Assembly: GCA_965238075.1 (NCBI GenBank)
Contig: OZ250173.1
Span: 2,176,001-2,240,000 of the forward strand
Source of the DNA: Candidatus Entotheonellaceae bacterium
GTDB taxonomy: Bacteria > Tectomicrobia > Entotheonellia > Entotheonellales > Entotheonellaceae
Direction of reading: 5' to 3'
DNA: 64,000 bases
Under the pieces are notes generated by a model, which saw only the letters and a list, made by a program, of their open reading frames with translations, had not been told where the DNA came from and searched no databases. The translations under genes and the position numbers were made by a program. Below are positions 30,576 to 39,934 of this stretch, in pieces. Position 1 is the first letter of the stretch. Each line of letters opens with the position of its first letter.

Positions 30576-30977
30576 TCATCCAGTGCCTTCAACGTTTGGA
30601 TGGATCATTGGCAACCCGCACCCTTCACGACAACTAATCCTGCCGTGCGTCGGCGTTGCCCTCTCTGCCTTGGCGGCTTCGCGTCAAACGCGCCGGCCAT
30701 GCGCAGGGCGTATGTGCTGATGAATGGGCCGTTGCAGATGACGGTGAGGAGGTCGGCTTGGTTGGCCCGAGCAGCCGCGCCCAACTTCACCGAGTTCGCG
30801 CTGGCCGGATTGTCGAGAATCAGTAGCAGCTTGTTGGAGGCCGCGAGCTTGCGTGCGAGGGCTTCCCTCTATCGCTAGGCGCGGCGTGGGCGATGATGAC
30901 TTGGCGACGCCTAAGGGGGACTGTACTGCGAACTTTATGCTGGGAGGTTCCGCTGTAGGGCTCATAACTCCCTCTTA

Positions 30978-32853
30978 TTACGGCAGAACGCATACGGTGC
31001 AGCGCCCTCTGTTTTCGAAGTCATGTTTTAGCTTTTCACGGTCGGCGATGGCTCGTTGGGGATCGTAGACAACGAACATGATATGGGCTTCCTGCGGGTA
31101 TTTCGTCAAATCGGCAGCCATTCCTTCAGTGACTTTGACCCCTCGGGGGCGTGCCCCTCCTGATGTATTTCCCTTCAATCAGCAGGTGTCCGCGGTCTGG
31201 AGAGAAGTCGGGCACGACGCCTGCACCTGCGAACGGCACAGCAGGATGCTCCCGGCATAAATCGCCACGCCATCCTTCTAGCAACCCCTCAATCTTGTCG
31301 TTCAGGTCGTCCTCGTTCGCTGGCGACGTGCTTCGAAAAGATTTGGGTAGCGCAGTCTGAAGGCGATCCTGAATAGCAGTCACCAAACGTTCGATAGGTT
31401 CCTTCAGGACGGTTTCTCTGTCAGACACTACCTTGAGTAGAGAGTTTGGTACTAAGGGGTCGAAGACGGCCTCATGGATGGCCCTCATTCGCCGAAGGGC
31501 GCGAGCCACTTGCTGCCCATGTCGAGAGCAAAGGTCCCACACCTTGTCTACAAGATCGATTTCATCTTCGCATTCTGTAATCCATCCAAGAAGATGCTGT
31601 AAGTCGTCCAGCAATTGGCTGTAAAAATAGTCCTGATTCCAATTGGAAAAGTTCGCCGCCTGCCTCAAATAATCTACTACAGTTGTCTTGCCTTCCTGGG
31701 AAGGTATCCCGGCCATTATGATGTCAGTGGCGTATAGACTTGCATTATCGAATCTGTCGGCTACTGCACCGTAAACCCCGATACGGCGGTCGAGACACTG
31801 AAAGCATTCCCCGCAGTGCGTGGCATGAGTTCGGGCGTTGAAAGTGTGACCGCACGATACGGAACTCGGGAGCAACTGTCCGTGCCCCGCGGTTTTCAGA
31901 TATTCCACCACTTCGGTTTTCGTGTTCCAAAGGAACGGTGTTTCTATGGTGAAGGTTTGTTCTGCAATAGTTGAGAACAGGGAGGCAAGCCTTCCAACAG
32001 TCTGAGGGTGGGTTGTTCTGCTCGCTCGTGCGTTGAGGAGATCTTCCCTTCTCGCGAAGTTGAGGCTCGTAACGCCGTTCTCGTATATGAAGAACCTATC
32101 CCGCCCAAAGGCCATCGCAATGGCGAATGCGATGCTCCCATACAGGAAAGACCGGGTACGCTGCGATTCCTCTCGCGCACGAATAACTTGAAGGTGAGTG
32201 CGAAACTGGTAGTGGCTCACCCTTCCTGGATACGCTTGCTGAAGCGCATTCGCAAGGGCTCGTTGAGTTCGGATCGTACCACCTTGAGACAGGTGGCTTA
32301 CCAGACAGATATGGTCACCTGACTCCACAAGTCTTTGGATGGCACCAGCAAGGGAGTCGATGCCGCCAGAAAAGAGCATAATGGACAGTCTTGCCGTGGC
32401 CTTGACCTGAAAGTTCTCCTTGTCGAACAGGCTTGTCGGCGGAGTGGAGTGGCCTGGTTGGAAAGTGAATTCGTAGGACTGATCTCCGGTTACAAAACTA
32501 AGCGCCGATTTCAGAGCATCCTGCACAGTAGGCTCACTCCAGAAGGCGTAGTCCCTGACTCGTAGCACGAAATGAAGGTTCCTTGCCCATCCTTGGTATT
32601 CAACGCTGAATCTGCTGCCTCTGGAGGTTGAGCGGTCCCCGGCAAACACATAGGCGGCAATCTCCAAGAGGTCAAGGTAGCGGGGCGGCAAATGGTATAC
32701 GCTGCGAACGAAGTCAGGTAGACCGAGGCGGACGTTGGGTTTGCCACCGTCGGAAGGCCGGTAGTCCAGAACGGTGCAATCGGCTTCATCCACGTCATCG
32801 GGGGGATTAGCACCATTGCACAAGAAGATTGGGCGGGCACGGTCGTGGCTCAT
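30978..32853 (-). CDS. QueC/QatC-like PP-loop enzyme fused to a C-terminal PD-(D/E)XK nuclease; frameshift near 31140
   Basis: DLLEIAAYVFAGDR..RG, FSGGIDS, SQRTRSFLY, ENGVTSLN, RTTHP, SVSC...HCGECFQCLDRR. Tail EDDLN...VVPDF...IEGKYIR, continuing in ORF 30978..31178 as KVTEGMAADLTKYP...FVVYDP. Confidence 0.85.
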
Positions 32854-33632
32854 TGAGGAGATTCCTCACGGAGGAGTTCCTCACGCAACTTGCCGATAGA
32901 ATGGGAAAGAAATCCTTCTATCTCATCGGATGAAGGCAGTCTGTCTCGCGCGTGGCGATTGAACCAACCCGCAGCGAACGATTGAGTGATTCTGGCAGTC
33001 TCAAAGGCGTGGTGTGATACTCCGTTGACATGCTCTTGGAGACGGGTGGCCAGCCTTTCTCGAGCCTCCGTGCTGACTAACTGAGAAGAAGCCTCACGGC
33101 TGAGGAAATAATTGAGATAGCGTTCCACGAACTTGGCGAAGAAGAGTCGAGACACCTCGCAGAAACCTCTTCCTTCGCTGGCTCTACTCCATACTTCCGC
33201 AACGCGTTCATGTTCCCCAGCGAAAGAAAGCTGACGAGTCTCCTGTTCGGTCCACAAGGAGATAGCGTCGACAGCGGCCTTACGAGCTATTTCCCCGTAC
33301 TCAGCGGACTGCCGATGGTCGTCTACGTACTGACTGAGGATGCTCGCAAGCTTGAGTCGAGAAGGGTTGGATTCCAGGTCGATAGCGAGATCACCGAGTG
33401 AATCCCTATCCACACTGGGAGAAGCCGACAGAGCAAGTCCAAGTAGAAACTGGAAGGAGGCGATGACCCCGGCATCACCATGGATGGCAAGCAGGCGGGA
33501 ACGAACGTTTTCGAGGGTAGCATTTGCCAAGTCTCGCACGTTGCCATCAACGTCAGCCACAGCAGCGATGCCGTCTACTACGTCGGCCCATCGTTTAGTT
33601 CGGGGCAATGCTCCTACGCGCTCATGGCCCAT
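32850..33632 (-). CDS. Helical hypothetical protein, translationally coupled to the QueC-like gene (QatB-position partner)
   Basis: ATG at 33632 with GGAG about 10 nt upstream gives MGHERVGALPRTKRW; ATGA overlap with the downstream gene. Confidence 0.8.
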   Translation of the reverse strand: MGHERVGALPRTKRWADVVDGIAAVADVDGNVRDLANATLENVRSRLLAIHGDAGVIASFQFLLGLALSASPSVDRDSLGDLAIDLESNPSRLKLASILSQYVDDHRQSAEYGEIARKAAVDAISLWTEQETRQLSFAGEHERVAEVWSRASEGRGFCEVSRLFFAKFVERYLNYFLSREASSQLVSTEARERLATRLQEHVNGVSHHAFETARITQSFAAGWFNRHARDRLPSSDEIEGFLSHSIGKLREELLREESPQ

Positions 33633-33960
33633 CGACAATATGCTCCATCACATCAAGGGGTTGCACTACGCTACGGCCCGCCAGTTTGGCTTCGAGCCAC
33701 CGTTTGAAAGAACGTTGGCTTTCCCTTGACGGGCGGCCCGCGATGAGTCCTTCGACGCTGAGGTCTTCGTCCAAGTCCGACCAATGGATTCCCTGGCCCT
33801 CACCGATCAACTCCCTCCTCCTGGGTGGCGTGGAGGAGTCTGGGGTACCAGCCCAGGGGCACGGAAATGGTTCGTCCGTCCGAGAGTTCGACCTGAAGCG
33901 TATCATCGGTAACCGACACGTCCTCCGCTTCCGGTATCTGTACCTCAATTATTGAAGTAA
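33622..33960 (-). pseudogene. DUF2442-family protein, frameshifted
   Basis: VSVTDDTLQVELSDGRTISVPLGWYPRLLHA then shift to ELIGEGQGIHWSDLDEDLSVEGL. Confidence 0.8.
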
Positions 33961-34145
33961 TCATCCCACGCCTCCCACCTTGGTTTCGTGCTCTTCAAGC
34001 AGCTGCAGCCCGGCCCGTACCACATCACTGGGGGAGTAGCGACCGGATTGAACCCGCTCATTGATGAAACCCGTAAAGTGCTCGCCGAGTTTAACCGACG
34101 TGTTGCGTGGCATGAGCAGATTTCCCCTTCTGTGCAAGGCCGAGC

Positions 34146-34553
34146 TCAGAGGAGGCCCGCGTTGGGCAGGGAAGCCATCCTGCGATCCAGCGTCAACGTC
34201 TCCAACCCAACCCGTGCGTAGTCGTCGGCGATGAGACGGTCGAACAGGCCGGGGCTGCCAGAGGCTGAAAGGGCTTCAATGACGGCCTGTCCGTTCAGAG
34301 GGGCCACGAGGCCGCTTCGAAACGCATTGAGCAACTCGGCGCGGGCATCGACCTGCGATACGCCGTAGTGGTGCTGGACCGCGATAAAGGCCTCACCAAT
34401 GACTTGGTTTGAGGCAAAGACCTCGGCGCCGCCAATGACCAGCGCATTCAACCGTTCCACGCAGTACGAATAGACGTCGGGAGGAGAACCGGTGATGAGC
34501 CGCACGAGCACGGACGTGTCAATCCCGATACGCTGACGGATCATAGCCCTCAT
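34146..34553 (-). CDS. PIN-domain toxin
   Basis: [10 protein letters not shown]...VIGE...GLFDRLI...TLTLDRR. Confidence 0.85.
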   Translation of the reverse strand: MRAMIRQRIGIDTSVLVRLITGSPPDVYSYCVERLNALVIGGAEVFASNQVIGEAFIAVQHHYGVSQVDARAELLNAFRSGLVAPLNGQAVIEALSASGSPGLFDRLIADDYARVGLETLTLDRRMASLPNAGLL

Positions 34554-34764
34554 CCCGGAACTTCCGAATGTCGAACGGCTCTGCGTTGGGGTCGATCTTA
34601 TCGCGCAATCCCCCGAGCAAGGACAAGTCTATCCGGCGCGGGCGCAGGATGAACCCCTCGGTGCTTTCCATCAGCTCCAACTGGTCGCCGGGTCCTACGC
34701 CTAACGCGTCGAGCACGTGCTTGGGGAAGGTTACCTGCCGTTTTGAGGTGACTTTTACGAGCAT
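34519..34764 (-). CDS. AbrB/MazE-family antitoxin
   Basis: VKVTSKRQVTFPKHVLDALGVGPGDQL; AGGAGG RBS; ccttac...gtaagg inverted repeat upstream (34778-34804). Confidence 0.9.
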   Translation of the reverse strand: MLVKVTSKRQVTFPKHVLDALGVGPGDQLELMESTEGFILRPRRIDLSLLGGLRDKIDPNAEPFDIRKFRDEGYDPSAYRD

Positions 34765-34963
34765 GGCTGTCGTTCCTCCTTACGCTTATGGTAAAGGGGT
34801 AAGGCATGCAGAGCAAGTGACGCGATTGAGCTGCTCGTCAGCTTCGAACAACCCTAAGGAGCAGCAGATTCATTAGGCGCCTTGAAGTCATCTTTGAATG
34901 GGAAGATGGCGGTCGCCACCGAGACGGCTGAACAGGGTTCCAGGCGCGTCGCGCATGGAGCCA

Positions 34964-36379
34964 TCACGGTTCGGGCAGGAAGTGGGCTATCGAATTGGCG
35001 TAGTAACGCAGCATGTCGTGTTCGTTAGCACACGCGCGGTAGAGCCCATCCGATTCCTGCACCAAGTGCCGCAGCACCAGCATCCGCAGCCCTACTGTGG
35101 TCGCGTAGTCGTGGTCTGATCTTGGGATGTGGACATACGCCCCGCGCTGCTCGAGATCGTTGATGAGGGCATGGGTTTGTGCCTTGATCTCGAGTTCGCT
35201 CATGGCCGTTTGTGGATGGCGCAGGAATACGGTGGCGATGAGCGGCACCGGCAATACCGGAATGGCCGTGGCGATGGCGTCGAGCAACGCATTGCCAAGC
35301 TGCTCTACGGCTCCAAAACGAGCTTCTGCGTCCAGAGGGCGAAAATCCATCCTGGTGCGGGCGGTGTACGACCGCATGGAAACCGGCGTTCCGAAATTGA
35401 CGCAGGCGTAGCCGAAGCGATACCAGCGCCGTTCCAGCAGGAGTTTTACCTGATGGCCGAGGAACCTTAGAAAGGCTACGACGGTGTACGTCTTGCTGTG
35501 TGGGCTGGCCTGCGGGTCGAGTTCGCGTACCAGGGAGCGGTCCTCCAGCACACGGTCGTAGTTGATTCCCACCGGGATGAACACGAGGTCTCGTTCACCC
35601 TCGGGGTCGAATGCCGAAACCATGTAGCTGATGAGGCCAAGCCTCGGCTTCCGGAGGCGTCCGTCGCGGGTGAAACGACCCTCGGGGTAGAACGCCTGTA
35701 CGACACCGCCTGCCGTTGCCATTTGGACATAGCGGGCCAGGACCCGACGGTAGAGAGGGTTGTCGGATTCTCGACGCACGAAGAAACCGCCGAGAGATTT
35801 GATTATTGATTGCAGGGGCCAGGTGCGCGCCCATTCGCCCACTGCATAGCTCAATGCGGAGCGCGTCGCGGCCATGTAGGCAACGATGATGTAGTCCATG
35901 TTACTACGATGATTCATCAGAAAAACGATGCTCGCGGTAGGCTCGATTTTGGCCAGTGCCTCGTCGTCGGCATAGCCCAGGCGGACCCGATACAGGAATT
36001 GCAGGATGCGTCGTGCCAGGTAATACCCGATTCGGAAGTACAGGTAGACATTGAACGACGGCACAATCTCACGTGCATAGCGCTCGACTTCCCGGGCCAG
36101 AACTTCTCGCGGTACGTTAGACCGCTGCGCCTCAGCCTCGACCGATTCCATCACCTTGGGGTCGTGTGTCAGTCGATCGATAAGAACCTGTCGTTTTGTC
36201 TGTTGGAAAAGCGGTATTTGCAACTGCAAGCGGGTGTTGAGTTCGTCGATCACACGACTGGTGCGCCGTCTGAAAAACCAGCGCGCGCCTGGGATGAGTA
36301 GATGGTCAAGAATCGCCCAAAGTGAAAGGGCGCCGGCAACTACCACCACCCAAGTTGGAAGGGGAATTATCTCTGTCAT
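34964..36379 (-). CDS. Glycerol-3-phosphate acyltransferase (PlsB-like)
   Basis: NHRSNMDY (HX4D), GGFFVRR, FYPEG, PVGINYDRVLE. Confidence 0.88.
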   Translation of the reverse strand: MTEIIPLPTWVVVVAGALSLWAILDHLLIPGARWFFRRRTSRVIDELNTRLQLQIPLFQQTKRQVLIDRLTHDPKVMESVEAEAQRSNVPREVLAREVERYAREIVPSFNVYLYFRIGYYLARRILQFLYRVRLGYADDEALAKIEPTASIVFLMNHRSNMDYIIVAYMAATRSALSYAVGEWARTWPLQSIIKSLGGFFVRRESDNPLYRRVLARYVQMATAGGVVQAFYPEGRFTRDGRLRKPRLGLISYMVSAFDPEGERDLVFIPVGINYDRVLEDRSLVRELDPQASPHSKTYTVVAFLRFLGHQVKLLLERRWYRFGYACVNFGTPVSMRSYTARTRMDFRPLDAEARFGAVEQLGNALLDAIATAIPVLPVPLIATVFLRHPQTAMSELEIKAQTHALINDLEQRGAYVHIPRSDHDYATTVGLRMLVLRHLVQESDGLYRACANEHDMLRYYANSIAHFLPEP

Positions 36380-36565
36380 TTTTGCGTCAGGTATGCCGTC
36401 GTCAATGCGACCGCAGGCTCCGATTTCACGTGTGAATCAACCGATGATCTCGGCTGGAGGCGGAAATCGCCTGATTGCGACAACAGAATACGATGCTCAC
36501 CGGAAGGGTGGGAGGAACTGCAGCGTCGCCTCGGCTTGAACCGCCGCAACAGCGGTAAGCCACCC

Positions 36566-37555
36566 TCAAGCGCCCTGCTCCGGCAGGTCGCGGACGAGGC
36601 CGCTGACGATCTCGGCGGTGTCGATGCCCTCCGCTTCCCCCTCGAAATTCAGGATGAGGCGATGCCGCAGGCAGGGCACGGCGACCTCGCGCAGGTCGTC
36701 GAAGCTGACGTTGAAGCGTCCGGCGAACAGCGCTCGCACCTTGGCGGCCAGCACCAGGCTCTGCACGCCGCGCGGGCTGGAGCCGTAGCGCACGTAATTG
36801 CGCACCGCGTCGGTGGTGCGGGGCGTCTGCGGGTGGGTGGCCATGACCAGACGGATGGCGTAGTTCTTGACGTGCGAGGCCAGCGGCACGTCGCGCACCA
36901 GGCGCTGCGCCGCCAGCACGTCGGTTGCCGTGGCGACGGGTTCCGCGGTCTGCGTTTCGCCCTGGGTGGTGCGGTCGACGATGTCGCTGAGATCGTTGAA
37001 CGACGGGTAGCTGATCTGCAATTTCAGCAGAAAGCGGTCGAGCTGCGCCTCGGGCAGCGGGTAGGTGCCGTCCATTTCGAGCGGGTTCTGGGTGCCCAGC
37101 ACCAGGAACGGCAGGTGCAGCTTGTGCTCCGTGCCGGCCACCGTCACCGTCTGCTCCTGCATGGCTTCAAGCAGCGCCGACTGGGTTTTCGGCGTCGCGC
37201 GGTTGATCTCGTCGGCGAGCACCACGTTGCTGAAGATCGGGCCGGGTTGAAAGGCGAAATGGCGCTGGCCGGCCTCGTCTTCGAGGACCACGCGGGTGCC
37301 GATGATGTCGGCCGGCATGAGGTCGGGGGTGAACTGGATGCGCGAGAATTGCAGGTGCAGGGCGGCGCCGAGGCTCTTGACCAGCAGCGTCTTGCCGAGC
37401 CCGGGCACGCCTTCCAGTAGGGCATGGCCGCCGCACAGCAGGCAGGTGAGCAGGCCGTCCACGATGTCGGCGTGCCCCACGATGGCCTTGGCGATTTCGG
37501 TACGGATGCGCGCCATGTCGGCGTCAAATTGCGCTACCTGATCGGTTATGTTCAT
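36566..37555 (-). CDS. MoxR-family AAA+ ATPase
   Basis: LLEGVPGLGKT, RIQFTPDLMPAD, DEINRATPKTQSALLEAMQE, TYPLPEAQLDRF. Confidence 0.97.
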   Translation of the reverse strand: MNITDQVAQFDADMARIRTEIAKAIVGHADIVDGLLTCLLCGGHALLEGVPGLGKTLLVKSLGAALHLQFSRIQFTPDLMPADIIGTRVVLEDEAGQRHFAFQPGPIFSNVVLADEINRATPKTQSALLEAMQEQTVTVAGTEHKLHLPFLVLGTQNPLEMDGTYPLPEAQLDRFLLKLQISYPSFNDLSDIVDRTTQGETQTAEPVATATDVLAAQRLVRDVPLASHVKNYAIRLVMATHPQTPRTTDAVRNYVRYGSSPRGVQSLVLAAKVRALFAGRFNVSFDDLREVAVPCLRHRLILNFEGEAEGIDTAEIVSGLVRDLPEQGA

Positions 37556-39072
37556 TCCCGCACCATCCCCAGAGACAGGAAGTATTGCTTGATCTGCTCG
37601 CGGTAGCCGCGCGGGATGTCCTCGTGCGTCAGCACCTCCTCGGCGGCCTGCCGGTATTGCACGGCGACCTCCTCCACGGGCACCTGCGCCTCGTTGATCA
37701 TCGGCAGGCGGCGCATATATTGCAGGCGCGTGGGGCCGGGGCTGTTGCGCAACTCGACGTGCGACGTGGGTTGCTCGGAGTCGCGCAGGGCCTGTTCGGG
37801 GCGGGCGTCGACACGGGTGGACACGCCGTAGCCGGCGTCGGAGCCGGGGGCGGAGAACTCCTCCATGCCGTACAGGTCTTCCATCATGAACTCGCCGCCG
37901 AACTGGCGGGGGTCGAAGTCGCCTTGCGCCTGCCGGGCGCCGGGCGCCCGGTCACCGTCGGGCTGGCCCTCGCCCTGTTGCTGCAGGTTGCGGGAGGCGT
38001 ATTCCAGGGCGCGGCGGGCGCGTTCGAGGTGCTGCATCTCTTCACTGGCCTGCTGCTGCTCGATGATCTCACGCAGCAATTGCCGCGCCGCCTGCACGTC
38101 GCCGGCGCGCAGGTTTTGCAACAGCGATTCCAGTTCGGGAACCGGCATGGCGCCGGCCTGCTGGCGCAGGCGCTGCAGGCTTTGCTCGGCTGCCGCCACC
38201 CGGTCGCGCGACGGTGTTTCGTCGTCCAAGAGTTTCAGCACGTCGCGCAACTCCTGCTTGAGGCTCTTGCCGGACGGCAGCATGCCGCGCACCGCCAACC
38301 GGCCCATGCCGCTCATCAGGGCGCGCTCGCGCAACTCCTCGCGCAGGCGCTGCAGGTAGTCCGAAAGGGTGGCGATGCGGTCGCTAAAGGCGTCCTGCGG
38401 CGCGCGCTCGTCTTGCAGATGCTTGCCGAGGTTTTGCAACTGGCGCGCTAGGACGAGGCTGCGGTCCAGGTGTTCCTGTTTGGCGAGCCGCTCCAGTTCG
38501 TCGCCCCACTGTTCGAGACGCTGGCCCTCGCGCACCACTTGGCGGCTGAAATCCGCATCGCCGAGAGTGGCGAACGACCACGGTGGGGTCTCGATCCAGT
38601 GCAGGGCGAGGGTGGCGAGCAGCAGGACCGGGATGGCCCACAGCCGGCGCGGCAGGCGCAGCGGCAATACCTGGCGCGGCTCGACGCGCGGCGCCAGCCG
38701 ATCGGCTTCGTCCATCAGGGCGGCATTGAAAGGGTGGTCGGCGTGCCGCTTGCCATACTCGTAGGCGGTGCTGAGGCGTTCGTGGCCGCGCAGGGTGCGG
38801 TCCGCGGCGGCCAGCATGTCCAGCGGGGCACCGCGTCTGGGCCAGCCGAGGCAGATAATGATGCCGAGGATTACGAGGGCGAGGAGGGCATAGACGCCCG
38901 ACAGGGAGGCCGTCCACACGCCGGCAGTGACGAGGGCCGTTGCCAGACAGGCGGCGGCGAGGCCGACGAGGGCGGTATCCAGGGAGCGACCCAGTCGCCG
39001 CAGAAACCGGTGGCGCCGCTGCAACCGCGTCACGGCCTGCTCAAGGAGGCCCGACCGATCCATTGCCTTCAC
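37552..39072 (-). CDS. Membrane-anchored coiled-coil protein of the MoxR operon
   Basis: TM helices, ERLSTAYE, C-terminal IPRGYREQIKQYF; overlaps moxR. Confidence 0.8.
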   Translation of the reverse strand: MKAMDRSGLLEQAVTRLQRRHRFLRRLGRSLDTALVGLAAACLATALVTAGVWTASLSGVYALLALVILGIIICLGWPRRGAPLDMLAAADRTLRGHERLSTAYEYGKRHADHPFNAALMDEADRLAPRVEPRQVLPLRLPRRLWAIPVLLLATLALHWIETPPWSFATLGDADFSRQVVREGQRLEQWGDELERLAKQEHLDRSLVLARQLQNLGKHLQDERAPQDAFSDRIATLSDYLQRLREELRERALMSGMGRLAVRGMLPSGKSLKQELRDVLKLLDDETPSRDRVAAAEQSLQRLRQQAGAMPVPELESLLQNLRAGDVQAARQLLREIIEQQQASEEMQHLERARRALEYASRNLQQQGEGQPDGDRAPGARQAQGDFDPRQFGGEFMMEDLYGMEEFSAPGSDAGYGVSTRVDARPEQALRDSEQPTSHVELRNSPGPTRLQYMRRLPMINEAQVPVEEVAVQYRQAAEEVLTHEDIPRGYREQIKQYFLSLGMVRE

Positions 39073-39877
39073 CTCCCTCAGTGCCGTCGCGGAGAGCCAA
39101 TCGGCGTTGCAGCCAGCGCGTGCGTAAGGTGGCGATTATAAAAAACAGCCCCCCCAGAATCAAATGCAGCGTCACCGTGGCGGCCCACCCCGGCGCCGGA
39201 TATTCAAAGCCCGCTAGCCGAAGACTGACGTCGGGCAGGCGCTGCGGCCAGATGCTGGTGTCGATGAACGCCAGCACTGGATTGCTGAGCGGCCATACGA
39301 AGCCGCTGACGAGGATGAACCACAGGTACACGACGCGCACCAGGATGTAGAGGACGAAGTCGTCGCGCTCGAACCAGATCAGCAAGGTAACGCCGATGAC
39401 CCGGTACGCCGTCAGGCATGCCAGCAGCACGAGCATGCCGGTGCCGAGATGGGCGAGCGACTCGCCCGAGACGCCGGCGGCCAGCAGCAGGAGGGGCCAC
39501 GACAGGCCCCAGAAGAACAGCGTCTCGACGCTGCCTGCTGCCAGATAGCCGCGCAGGAACGTACCGACCGGCAGCGGCGTGAACGCCAGCCAGTCGCGCA
39601 GGGTGGCGTCCTGAGCGCCCAGCAGGTTGCGCGCCCCCTGGGTGAAGTTGAGGTAGGCCAGGATGATCGTCGCCGTGCCGCCCATGGCGTTGTAGGTGAA
39701 CGGCAGGTCGCGCAGACTCAGGAAGCCTTCCTTCGGCCAGGTGATGAAGAGCGCCAGCGACAGCACCGCGGTGTAATTCAGCCCGTGCGTCCAGGCTGTG
39801 CCGCGCTGCGTCATGGCGTCCAGCGCGCCGCGCAAGATCGGGTTGCGCAGCGCCTTCCTGCCGGGTATGGGGATCAT
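39041..39877 (-). CDS. Multi-pass membrane protein (ABC-2 permease-like)
   Basis: About 6 TM segments; operon position. Confidence 0.7.
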   Translation of the reverse strand: MIPIPGRKALRNPILRGALDAMTQRGTAWTHGLNYTAVLSLALFITWPKEGFLSLRDLPFTYNAMGGTATIILAYLNFTQGARNLLGAQDATLRDWLAFTPLPVGTFLRGYLAAGSVETLFFWGLSWPLLLLAAGVSGESLAHLGTGMLVLLACLTAYRVIGVTLLIWFERDDFVLYILVRVVYLWFILVSGFVWPLSNPVLAFIDTSIWPQRLPDVSLRLAGFEYPAPGWAATVTLHLILGGLFFIIATLRTRWLQRRLALRDGTEGGEGNGSVGPP

Positions 39878-39897
39878 TTGGGAGTCTCACAGTTATT

Positions 39898-39932
39898 GTA
39901 GGTCGGATTAGCGCCGCGTAATCCGACATTCC
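39898..39932 (+). repeat. GTAG-type REP
   Basis: gtaggtcggattagcgccgcgtaatccgacattcc. Confidence 0.85.
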
Positions 39933-39934
39933 AT

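Noticed and set aside
30605-30965. ORFs 30684..30965 and 30605..30790 as real genes
   Set aside because: Short and without a clear family; possibly decayed fragments but not supportable.
31126-32853. Housekeeping queC for queuosine synthesis
   Set aside because: Far longer than canonical QueC, has extra N- and C-terminal domains, and has no queDEF neighbours.
33633-33638. TTG start at 33638 for the QueC partner
   Set aside because: The ATG at 33632 is better spaced from the GGAG and is the stronger start codon.
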